Shown in pieces: positions 32,331-45,220 of a stretch of 64,000 nucleotides of DNA. Every line of letters starts with the position of its first letter. Position 1 is the stretch's first letter. The stretch is from the NCBI GenBank assembly GCA_024704765.1, contig JAKMXF010000365.1:248001-312000 (forward strand). Direction: 5' to 3'. The notes below the pieces were generated by a model. That model ran no database searches and was not told the DNA's origin. It saw only the letters and a list, made by a program, of their open reading frames with translations. Source of the DNA: Oopsacas minuta (lineage: Eukaryota; Animalia; Porifera). The position numbers and the translations under genes are program-made.

Positions 32331-33176
32331 ATGGCTTCATTGGAAGATAAATTGCTTGGAGATGCTAAACGGGACAATTATTGTTCTGATTCAGATGAAG
32401 AGACAGAGGTCGTTAGGATACCAATGGGGGATGCTAAGCCAGGGAAAGCTGCTAGCAATCAAACCGGCCCGAAAGGAGTTCTGGGAGATTTCAATTTTGC
32501 ACAAGCAAGTGATTTAGGGGAGTTACAACTAGAAGTAGGAGGAGATGCGTTTCTAGATCTCTGGAGACAGAAGGAATTGAAAGACATGAAAAAGAGTAAA
32601 GAGAAAGTCAAATCACCGGTAGGAGCAGGCAGTAGACTATTGGAGCTGAATCAAGAGACATTCTCTAGCTCTATTGATAATAACGAGCCTAATACTGTAT
32701 TGATAATACACGTGTATGGGGATAATCCAAGATGTAAAGAAGTTAGCAAACATTTAACCTCTCTCAGTGTGTATTATCCTCAGGTCAAGTTCTGTCAAGT
32801 TGATGCAATACATGCAGGTGAATTATTTGTAATTTTCCAGTTCTAATCTTATCGGAGAATGCGAGAAATAAAATAGTTGCAAATTTCAACTCCTAGCTCA
32901 TAGAATATACAATTGTTGCTGCTGAATCATTTTACTGATTATTAACAAAATTTTGTATTTTGTATAGGAATGAGTGAGAGTTTCGTGAGTCAGGGTCTAC
33001 CTGCTATCCTGGTGTACAGAGGTACAGAAGTAATAGGGAGCTTTCCTAACATAACAACCTTAGTAGTGGGAGAAGGCAATGAAATATATTACGACGAACT
33101 AGAGTCTTTCTTGATAGACAATGGAATCCTATTCGCAAGTGTTACTCGACACAACACTATGGAAATGATGAAATAA
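32331..33176 (+). CDS. PDCL: Phosducin-like protein PhLP1; 2 exons, intron ~32818-32967
   Basis: MASLEDKLLG, TGPKGV, thioredoxin-like YPQVKFC and LPAILVYRG; junction GCA G|gtgaat...gtatag|GA ATG. Confidence 0.88.
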
Positions 33177-33385
33177 CAATAATTAGCGGCTATTGAATCC
33201 TGGCATTATACTGTATGAACAGGCATCTTTCATATTCAACAAATACATACAAATAGATAATCAAATATCAGCTACATACATACAATCTATACTTTACATT
33301 ACATTATATGTGCCAACTGAATGTATTCTAATTATATACAAAAGTTTCCTAGTCAATACTATTCAAAAGATATACACAAACATAA

Positions 33386-33416
33386 TACATACATACATAC
33401 ATACATACATACATAC
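33386..33416. repeat. (ACAT)n microsatellite
   Basis: Visible tandem tetramer between the convergent PDCL and STAT 3' ends. Confidence 0.9.
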
Positions 33417-33520
33417 TGTCCTTACTCACAAAATATAGAGAATAAAAATTACAGCAACAAGCATACTATTGTAGAGATAGAGAGTGCCTTTGTAATGTGC
33501 AGAAGGTAGGGACATAAGGA

Positions 33521-36500
33521 CTAAAAATTGTGTGCCATGTGTCCCGACAGGATCATATCGACCTCGTCGGCGTCAAACTCGTCCGGCATAATCTCGTCGG
33601 AGTATACGAGGTTTGTTGGTAGGTCTCTGAGTAAGGGATGTTGCTGGTGATGTATCGTAGGCATATTAGTAGAAGAGGGACTATGATTTACACTGAATGT
33701 TGATATGTTAGAAGGGATATTTTGTGGAGAGTTTAAGCTAGATCTGCTGTCACTTGTTGACTTTATCTAAAGTATAATTAAGCAATTCATGGGATAAATT
33801 CTAAAATACAGTCATCTCCCGTTATATTGAAGTATAAATAGTACAAATATGGTCCGAAACAGTCAAAGTAACATTAATATCATCGGTTATATCGGAGTAA
33901 TTATCCTTGAGTTGCGATCTAACGGGGAGTTGAATGTATACAAACATATATTACCTGGTTATGTCCTCTCAAATCTGTATACTCCAGTCTACAGAATAAT
34001 AAATAATTAATATTAGAGTTATGGATAGCTTTCTTAAAGATATTAACAACTTCGATTCTAAGAAACTGAGCTCAGTAGAGACAGTAGTAAAGACCCAAAC
34101 AGGAGAAGTATTCGTGGAGAAGAGATTAGAGAACGGAGAAGTTAAGATTGAGAAGAAAGAAGGGGAACACGCTGGATTTGTCATAGACTTAACGCCAGAT
34201 CTTAAAGTAGGGATATTAGTAGAAAATAAGATTTGTATTAGTTCACAGGATGTGCCAAGAGATCTACATCTGATACAGGAACAGGGTATAACACATGTAC
34301 TGAATTTATGCTCTCACGCGTCATTTCATACTGACGTCATTAAGTTCTTAGCTGTAGTTTGTTACGATACACCTGAATTCAAGATACATGATTTCTTCGA
34401 TAAATGTTTCGTATTCATAGACAATGCATTGAGTACAGGAAATAATAATAAAGTACTGATACACTGTAACGCTGGTAAATCAAGATCAGTTACAGTAGGA
34501 TTAGCTTATCTCATGCGTACACAAGGAATAAAATGGAGAGAATCTCTGGAACATCTGAAGAAGACTAGACCGCAGGCTCATCCCAACGAAGGATTCATTA
34601 AACAACTAGATGAATATCAAGAACAGCTTAAACTATGATATTTGTTTTTAGTAACAAATATACTCACCCACTACCTCCTTTATCTGCTCCTAGTTTTTCT
34701 AAAGTATTGACTGTTATTTTCATTTGAGAAGTGACGTAATCAAGTGGTCCCTTGTTTGTTTCCTCCGCTAATGATAATATACAGATAAACATGTTGTGTA
34801 ATATTATAATAGTTATGCTAACTAACTAGGTGGGCTGTAGTACTTGGAGAAGGCAGAATGTTTCTCATAACATTGACCATGAGTAGAATATACATGAGTT
34901 AGTTCTGATAGATCCCTCAGTCTAAATCAATAGCAATTCAGTACAAGTAAAGATATAAAAGAAGTACTGACTTATTACCTGTCAGCGAATGGTCGTATTT
35001 GTAAGTCTTTTACGAACCAAGGAGAGAGGAACCATACTTTCTTATCACCTGATATATAGTCATAGAACTTAATACAATAATAATATCTGTAATATATCCA
35101 CAGTCAATCGATCAACTAACCGTTTGCATCCTCAGTTACCCATGCTACACTGATCCCTCCTGTCTCTGTTTCAGAGAATCTTAGCAAGAATGTACCTACT
35201 CTCTGATTAATGAGTATTTCCTGAGCATGCAGCTTACCCATAAATCCGGATATTAAACTACAGCGGGAGATTTTTATATAATAATTCAAACTATGTTAAA
35301 TCTGTCTATCATATACCTTTCTTTCCAGAAGCTACTGAGATGCTTCTTGAGTAGTTCACATATTCCATAGAACCAATCAAAGAACGTGAACGGTTCTCTC
35401 CGCTTCCCTGGAGCTACATGAAGATTTTCCTATGAGAAACACTTGGTGAATACACGTATGTATACTCAGCATAACAAGCAATACATATATTAAGTTGCAT
35501 TTTGAAATAAAGTAATTACGGAGAGCCACAATAGTTAATTACAAATCATCTCTCATGATGTAGATTAGAGGATAAAATGTAATCTAAATTTGCTCAAAGG
35601 GATAAATCAAATACATCTTAAGCTATAGCTATCTTGTAATGTATAAGTTGCTGCCATCATTAAATGTATGCTAATGTAGGTGTATAAAATTCCAAATATG
35701 TTCCAATTAATATTGAATTTAATTAATAAAGAGATCGAGGTACACGCTGCAGATGTTCATGCTGTTGCATTTGATATTAGCAGTAAGTAGTCTCGTGCTA
35801 GAGTAAGTATTGAAATTGTTTCCGTCGTAAACATTTTATATGTAAGATATCAGCGGGAAAGTTGCAGATTTTAGAAGTGTACAAATTCAAAAAGCTTACG
35901 AAACGAAACTAATACAGTGGTTATCGCTTATAAGAACACCCTTGGGAGTAGCAATTATGCTCTTATAACCGGTATATGAGAACCGTTTTCCAGGGTTGGT
36001 TCTTATATTTGATATGTTCTTCTAAGCGATGCCCAGGTAACTTTAGCTTTCTTAACGGGATATTAATTAATACAGTTTTGCTCAGTACAAGAAATAAATA
36101 CTCTGTAGTAACAGCGTAATTAACGAGAGCTCGGCTGACACGTTATTATGACAGTGAAAACTTAGAAACCTGTAACAATTGAAACATATAAGGCCATATA
36201 AATCTAAACGTACGAGTAAATGTGAAAAAGCCATTAAAATTATTGTAAGTTTTCTAATACATTAATCATGTGAGGATTGCTTTATTACGATATATTGATA
36301 TGCATCAGCTTAAGATTAACTCCTTCTTAATTAATATACAACAAATCAGACTATTTGGTATGCTCAATCATTCCATGGAATATGTTCAGGAGGTTGAATG
36401 TAGTCGTAGCTTAGAATTGCAGAATGTGGACCTTTTTGATTTTTCATGAATTGTGATGCGATAAAAACCGCGATTTCTTGCTTAAAACTGTTACTCAGCC

Positions 36501-39500
36501 CTTCTAGCCGAGATGAATCAAAGTCTTCCAGATGGCTCGAGCATTTAGCTTTATCCAATTCCTTCTCAATCTCTCCCCTAATGTCCTCCTCTACTCCCAA
36601 CCAAATTCTAACACTCTCCAAACTTTCCTCGCTTGTGAACACACTCCCATACCTCTGTTTAATAATCTCAAGCAAGAGGAAGTTAGCCCTGTTCGTACCG
36701 ACCTCATCTATCTCACTTCTCATAAGAATATCATCTGTTTTCCTAATCAATGTAACAGGTCCCTTATACATTTTAAGATACGATATAATATTAAGATCGT
36801 AGCAATATCGTAATGAATGTTTTATCAAACTGTGTGGTAGACAGCAAGGTACCAGGGCAGGTACAAGATTGTTAATGTCATCAAATGTAGATTCTAACAG
36901 CAGTCCGTGAATATTCGGGAAGGCAGCAGCTGCATAGCAAGCAGTGAATCCACCGATAGAGCTACCGTGAAGAATAATCCTCTCCAGTGGATAGCCTAAC
37001 TGTTGTACTGCATATGCTATGATAGTGAGAATGGCTTCCTTCTCCTGTCGACCTGTCGGGGACCCTGAGCTGTACCCATACCCACAGTGATTCCAACCAA
37101 GAGCAGCATAACCCTTCCTTAACCAATGATTTATACCTCCTAGCTCCTGGAAGCTGAGGTTTCCCACACACGAAATAGCTAGGAGATTAGGCACAACGTA
37201 ACGAGGTTTCGCATATAGTGTGTCCAGTATCTGACTGCTATTACACTGGAGTCTCGCCCGCACCCCGTTAAAGTTAGTGATAATATTGTAGCGAGCAGCT
37301 GAGAGGTCATATGATGCTCTGTAAGAGGAAAACCTGACACTCCCAGGATAAACGAAGCAGGAGAGGACGCTAGCTAGACAGGTATCAAAGGGATGAGTTG
37401 GAGGTTTGCTAGTATTTGGAGTCAATCTAGACTGATTCTGGTGGAATAAAGGAGGCAAGACTGTGATGTCAAAGTCGAAATACTTTGTGGAATTGTATTT
37501 ATGTTGTTCCAGGCATTGTCTTATGTCTAGCCTCAAGTCTAGAATAAACTGTCTGTATGCTGAATTATTGAACCGTCCGATCCCTCTAACCAGGTAGAGA
37601 ATAAATAGAATTGAGAAGAAAGGAGGAATTAGAAATCCACCGAATGGTACCAATAAACCGAGAGGGAGAAAAGATAATAAAACTAGAGCCCAGAAGCGAG
37701 ATACAATTCTGATAAATCGGTCCGATCTTGCTTCTGCCTGGTTGGGTATGTATGCTGACATTTTCCCATCTAAATAGGAGTAATAGAGGCGTGGCCCTCT
37801 TAAACAAGGAATATACCACTTCAGTACTGACATATGGAATAGATGAATTAATACCAGCACTGTATCAGTTATACAATTGTATATCATTAATTGACACAAC
37901 TTGCTCTAGGACTACTCAATATCTTGTTAGTATATCAAAGTACAGTGGAGATGAATTGTAGATAACTCAACTGCTGGACTGGAGCATCATGCGAGGCAAT
38001 ACTGATAGTATGGCGACATTGGCGAGTAGAATATGTGGTCACATTATAGCTCGATAGTATTGTAATCATATTACAGATATTAATAATGTTCTTCAGGAAT
38101 AAGTAAGAGTTAATAAGTAAGTTTAAATAATGCTTTGAGTATAATTAGATCGACAATTTTCAAAACGGACAAGTGGATAATTTATATATTCAAATCATAC
38201 TCACAATAAATATCTGTAATCTCTCAATTATATTGAAATAAAATTCATTTTTGTATTTGTAATTTTCGACAGACGAGAGTTGAGGCCAGTTGTAATTTGT
38301 AACGATAATTTTAGGTAACAGGTCTGATTGAGAGAGATCTAGTAGTGTATGTCTAGGTCTATCTAAGTGATCAACAGGCACTTTCCAAAACTTCCATTTA
38401 TAATTATTACATAATATAATTGTCTATTGACAATAAAGTCATCATCTCTCTAAACATATTCCTTTGTAGTTATACTAGTACCTCAAACTCGAATTGTGGT
38501 ATTTATAACGATAATATTGATTCAAAGCAATTCAGATTATCCGTCCCGACACAATTAATAAAAACAAATGTATGACATAGAACGCTTTGATATTACCTTA
38601 TTGAAGCTCTGCCATGTAATAACACTATTTCCATTATCTTCTACAATAAAACAGATGGAATAAATCTATATTATTAAACCTCAATTGTTGTTTTCCTGTT
38701 TGTTTGTCCGTTGAATAACTCGAGGCACAATGCGCCGAGTTCATCACGAAGCAACGAGCCAAAGGCTCGTATTCAATTAATAAGCAATGAAAATTCAATA
38801 CAACACTTTGAATGTTTTCTTACCAGAATTTACGTTAGGAAATTTCTTCCAGAGATAGTCAATACAAGCTTCGGGCAGAGCTCCTCCTGTTGTGTTAAAG
38901 AAGTATGCATTCAGAGCTTTTGCTAAGAGGAGCCATGGGACTTGAGAGGGTACCACGAATGGCTCTCGGTTCTAAAACAATGAACACGGTAATTAATTGG
39001 ATGCAAATAGTGATTAATTCAGGTAACTGTGTAAGCAAAATAAATATAGTTAGAAAGGAAAAACTATAAAAATGAGTTAATTATCAAAAGCATAGCTATA
39101 GCTGGGAGGAATATCCTCTTTAAGGGATACTTCAGAATAAGCAGGAGGTATCTGCTCATTTACACCTCCCTGTACATCTCTGCGTCTTTTCATATGTTGG
39201 AAACAGTTAAAACAAGCATAGCATATCATGCTAATAACTAGTACAAATGTTACCAAAAGGCTAATCCCTGATGGAATAAACATGAAGAATATTCTTGAGT
39301 TGAATTCAGTTTGGCCGAGGGCATATGATGAGTAAGGTTTGTGATCACACTTTATCTGTATTATAAAGAGGAGCTGTAGGACGAGTGGCAGTGACAGCCT
39401 GAGATTCATTGTGTCAGGAATGGCGAGATATTACAAATCGCGAATTATTCGAAAAACAGCAATCATAAGTTGTGGGAGCATTATATTGCACAAGAACCGT

Positions 39501-42500
39501 AGAAAATTCGGCAGAAAATGCAACTAGCTTACAGATTCTTACACAGAACCTAAAATGTTAAGTCAACAAAATATCTTAAACACGTATGTTAATTTTAATA
39601 TAGTTGCAGGATTAAGTCAGTTGATGTGTGTAATAATTGGGAACTAAAGAAACAGCTGGTTTTAAAAACAAGTCTATCAACATAGCTTTGTGGAATTCTA
39701 AAGTTTTGTAAGATAATCAGAATTTTAAATTTACAGTCGATTTCGTTAGGTAATCGAGAACCCGTTATACTTTTGATTTATACATACAAATCACATGGGA
39801 GAGCATGCTCCATGAACCTGTATAATACGGAATGTGTTTGTTATTGATAGATTTATAGAGTAACATGTAATACAACAAATTAAAGTACAAATAAAGAAGT
39901 AAATATATTTTCGTATGTACTGTGTATCACACTGCGATATGCGGCTAAGAAGTGAGTGTTGTCAAGGAATCTGACTCTAGATCAATCACACAAATATTTA
40001 TTCACAAATGTCGCATTTTCGAGAGGACACGATATTCCTTTGGACAATTTCTTATGAATATTCTTGGATAACTTTCTCCTGCGTTTGGTAACGAATGAAT
40101 TAAAGAATCTACTGAAGAACGATCGAGTACGAGACAACTTTTTTCGGTTTGTGAATGGTAATGTATCCTGATCAAAGACGAATGCATCGTCGAATTCTTC
40201 ATCAGATAAAAACTCCATATCAAATTCGATATCAAAGTTAGACAAGGAATAGTTACTACTATTTAAAGAGGAAATGGATTCTCTATAGAGAGGCGAGTTT
40301 AGGAGGGAAGAGAATGGATTGAAATCGTCCGTACAAAAACTTGTAGAATGCGGAGAAGCGAGGAAAGCAGCGAACGGATTCAACTCATCGGGACTATGAA
40401 TGTCCTGTCTATCTGAGCTATCAAGGTTCGAGATCAACATACACATGTCAAGCGAATTATCAACCTCTGCAGCTTCGGAAACATCGTTGTGTAATAATAA
40501 TACGGTGGACATAATGAATTCAATTGCAATTACTACTAGAGTGCATATAATAATTTGATCAATGCAAAGTTTTTCTATTTATACTGAACTCTGTAAGAGA
40601 ATATCTAGAAGCTGTCCTATTGGCAAAACGTAATGCAAATACAAAGACTTATATACGGATCCCATTTTGTGCTAGAATAATGCCACAAGACAACACAATA
40701 CATTTATAATATGACGTCATATAAAACTAATGATTATTGTTTCTAGAGTGTGAGAGCATATACCTGATCGAATACTGATACGATAATGGAATTCTATGCA
40801 ATGAATGACGTGAATAGAACATTGTTGCAAGACTATATATAATCACATACCACATCTGAAAATGCTTTATCCCAGAACATCGTGCCTTCAGCACTGCTCA
40901 ATTGACTGCCGTGTACAACTACTGCTACTGGTAAACTGATTGTCTAATTAAACAAATTTAATCATTAATGAAGATTATTACGTATTACAAAAGCAATGAT
41001 TGTATTAGAACTTACAGACACATGGAAATACACATCACTCCCAGGTAGTATGATATTAGATCTGAGTAGTATAGCACACTTCTCATCTGTAACAGTCTAT
41101 AGACGTAATATTAAAATAATTACTGTAGCAGTACTATATTCTATAGCACTTACTTCTGAACCCTTCTTCTCTAACCGTTTGATATTCTTCACTGACTAAA
41201 GATACAACAAAGTATAGAATTGAATAAACAATAGATTTGCTGTTATATTGTACTAACCATGTTACTGAATGTAGCACTCAGTATCTGTGAATTGGGGTTA
41301 TATTCCATAGCCTAAGGGTAGGAGAGAAGTAATGATACAATCATTCCATATAACGAATACAGTCAACTCCCGTCATATCGAATCCTGAAAAATTGTGCAA
41401 ATTGGCCCCAAACCTTCAAAGTAACAAAATTACATAGGTCATATCGAACTCCGTATTTATCGAAGTAATTACAGCGGTCTCTTGAGCTTCGATATAACGA
41501 GAGTTGACCGTAAAGCGTAATTACTAACTCTTTTATTGTTGAGCATCTGTCCACAAGATATATCATTCGCACTACAAAAGTTGTACAAAAGAAGAATCAT
41601 TGAATCTAGCTATTTCTCCTGAGAGCTGATTAGGAGTATAAAGCTCAATACTCGTAATAAGCGTCAGGATATTGTAGCAGTTGTGTAACGAGTAGCACTA
41701 CTCACGTATACTCGGCTAATTACTGCTAATACATATAAATATGCAATTGAAAGGTTTAACTTACTGTAATGTATCTGGACTAGCTGTCAAGCCTTTAGCT
41801 TGCTTCTCACTAAATAATTATTGCAATTAATCTACACAATATTTGCATCAGTGAGATACGTAATTGTTGATGATTTGGACAACACAGATAAGTGAAAATT
41901 TCTAAAACTATAGTCAGAATAAAGATTCCCTTTATGGTAGTTTCTAACAATTCCACCAAACCAAAATTGTACTGAAATCTAGAAGCCAATATTTGGTATA
42001 TCAAGACAGATCTATTAAGTGACACATTCTAAGGCAGTATTAAATTGAACTAAATGGAAACACAATGGATTATAGAATAATTGTGCCAAATTGCTGTGTG
42101 CACAAACAGATGTTAGTCTTCGTCCAGATGTAATGAATTAAGAATCACATATGCTGAATCCGAATAACTACATTAAGTATTTCTTAAATATTCACAGACA
42201 CTCCTGCTGTCTATTCTTTGAATTCAATGTTACGTGAAACGAACGAGAAGGCTTATATAATTGATCTCATTTACCTTATGATAGTAGCTATCACTTCAGG
42301 AGGATTCATATGAATATTTAATTTCCCTCCAACCATCAACCTAGATTAATATAAACAGATAACAACGGGATCAGGGGATTGGAATGTATGTATCTTACCT
42401 CACTGTACATGAGAATCTGGTGTTTGTTTTGAGAACCTGAGGGGGCTGTTTCTCTACCACGAATGAACTAGAAATAATTATTGTAAATATAGAGGGAACA

Positions 42501-45185
42501 TTTCATAAACAAATAATTATTACTTTCTAAGAAGGAATACAATTAAGTTGTCTACTGTCTGGTTATAATCCTCTGGTATTTCTGTACCATTCATCGGTAA
42601 TTGACTCTTCAGTCTGTAATACTAAAGTTGAAATTTTATAAATTTAAGAATTCGCTCCAAGAACCCCCTGGGGACAGTTGAATATCATCAATTTTTCTTA
42701 AAATCTGCTATTACGGTTAACATTTTGAGGTTTCACTAACTTGTTTGATAAACTGTTTATTTCTCCAGAGTAACTCAGCTAAAGTTTCAAACCATCCTTG
42801 TAACACTACTAGCAGATCATCAGCTGGGGGAGAAGTGTCTAATCCTAGAGCTTGGTTCTGTATTCTCTTCCAACCGACAAGTTCATCGTTTACAACCAAA
42901 TGAATAATGTTACTGAGATCAGCGAGTAACATGTGAAACTGTTGTGTAATAGTCTATAAGACAAACCATTAAATGCTCAGATATTGTTTGCTTGTAATAC
43001 CAAATAAAGAACTCGGTAAAACAGTTTACGCTTGCAAAACAAGAATTAAATTCTTCACATATTTACTTCCTAATCAAATTGTTTTAATCCACCATATTAA
43101 GGAGCTCACAATTCTATTCTGTTGTAAATTTTCGACCTCTTTATTTAGCGCTAATTCTGTTTCTTGTAATTTCAATCTCAAGGCTTGAACCTACAACACA
43201 TTCTGTATTAAGTGCAAAAATAGTAGTTTCATCTGCACAATCGGGAATACAGATGTTAAAATATCAAAAATTTAGAGTATCGTATCAAACTCACCACTTG
43301 AGGGTTTACAGGGTGTTGTGAGTGATGAGTTACCATAGCTGTAAGAGAAATTAGAAATATTATAGCAATAAACACAGTCATTTCTAAATACGGAATTAGT
43401 GTATAGTTATGCCATTATAACTACATAGTACATTTTAATATGTCTGAGTAAATACAGAAAGCTGTCCTGAAAATTTGCATTATACACAAATTGTGCTATG
43501 TTAAAGAGACAATTTACCTTGAAGCTTATGGCTCTCGTTAATGTGAATAATAAAGTACTCTTGTTGATGCTCAAGGGATTTTAGAAGTCCTTCTGCTTCC
43601 TAGAGAGATATATAGAAACAGGGAAAATCGTGTAATTGAACAAGTTAGAATTCAATCAATAACATACATGGGTCATGACACAAATCTTTTGAATAGATTG
43701 CCCAATAGCCTCGTGTGAGTTAGATCCTGATAATTGTGAGCCTGGGGGAGAGTGTACCAGTTTTGAGGGGTCAGGAGAGTTAGTACTGTGATGTGAGGCA
43801 GCAGGGCTAGGTTGTGGGCTCATATTAGCTCCCTACAATAAGAACTATACAATTGACAGAACCCATTTCAGACATAAATTAGTATACAAGATGGATAACT
43901 ACTGATTGAGATGAATCCCACACAAAGTTTTTTCAAGATTACTGCAGACAGTTAGGTTTAGACAGAGGCTAGAATATTTTCCTGGTGTAAACTAGCTTAT
44001 CAAAAGACTTCATCAAGCTAATTACTAGCTAATTATATTACATTTGTGATAAAGTTGTTAACGCGAAATATTATAATTGATAATAATTTACTGTAAAGAA
44101 TTTGGTGATGCTATTTGCATGTGATTAATTGGATAGAATGTCTATTATAGTTGTACAAATCAAGAATTCAGTTTATAATCAATTACACCTTTCGAACAAT
44201 GAAGATCGCTTACTTTCATACAAGGAAAGTCCCAAATATTTACAAATTAAAATCAAAGACATAAACAAACACACTTTTCCAATCACATTAGTATATAATC
44301 AGTGAACAATACTAACCTGATACTCTTTGAGGAATTGTCTTTCTGTTTTTAGAATACTCTGCATTTGTTCCACTAAATTGAAGGGATTTGAGTCGAAGTT
44401 CGCCTAACCGAAATAACAAAACACAACTTTAGAGTAAAGCGAAATAAAACAATAATACTTCAATCAGAATTGAGTGTAGGCTAATATACTAAATTGCTTA
44501 TATAGAGCATTGATTTGTACGATTTGATTCTGAGTAAGCCTACACAAGGGTAAATAAGGAAGTGGCCAAGAAATTATTATATAGGAGCTAATAATCGTTA
44601 AATACTACAGCAATTGGACGCATACAATTACCACAATTTGTGATACTTGACTGGCCTCGGCCAATTACATCTATAATTAACACAGACTAGATAAGGCAAG
44701 ATAGAGTACGTACTGGGCAATTTATACGACTTGACAAGCAGTATAATACCATAAATTACTGTACTTACTTACCTGTAATTTTTCAAGAACATCTTCCCAT
44801 TTCATTTTATCTGTAAAGTCTATCATGTGCTGTAGAATGTACAAGAACGAAGCCTCAATTATCAAACCATTGAATGCTGGTGGTTATCATTGAATAGTGC
44901 GTTAAGAGTCATGCATATGTGTATTAAAGCCACATTAATAGAAGTATATGTGAACTTTTAACAAGTGCATTTTTGCATATCCTTCGCATAAATAGACACG
45001 GAGTTATTAAGTAGGGAATAAAGGAATTACTCATTTATTAAACTCCGTATATTGAAGCGGTTCAAGTTTAAATAATTCATTCAAGAGGCAATTAACATTA
45101 AAATGTTACACAACTATGTAATGACACAAGCAAAATAGGGGAATAATATAGTACTATTAAATGGGAATTTGGTGTTGTTGTTGTT

Positions 45186-45220
<35 letters not shown>

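Noticed and set aside
37834-37899. ORF-track N-terminal extension of ABHD16A
   Set aside because: It starts at a non-ATG codon in AT-rich sequence; family similarity begins just after the Met at 37833.
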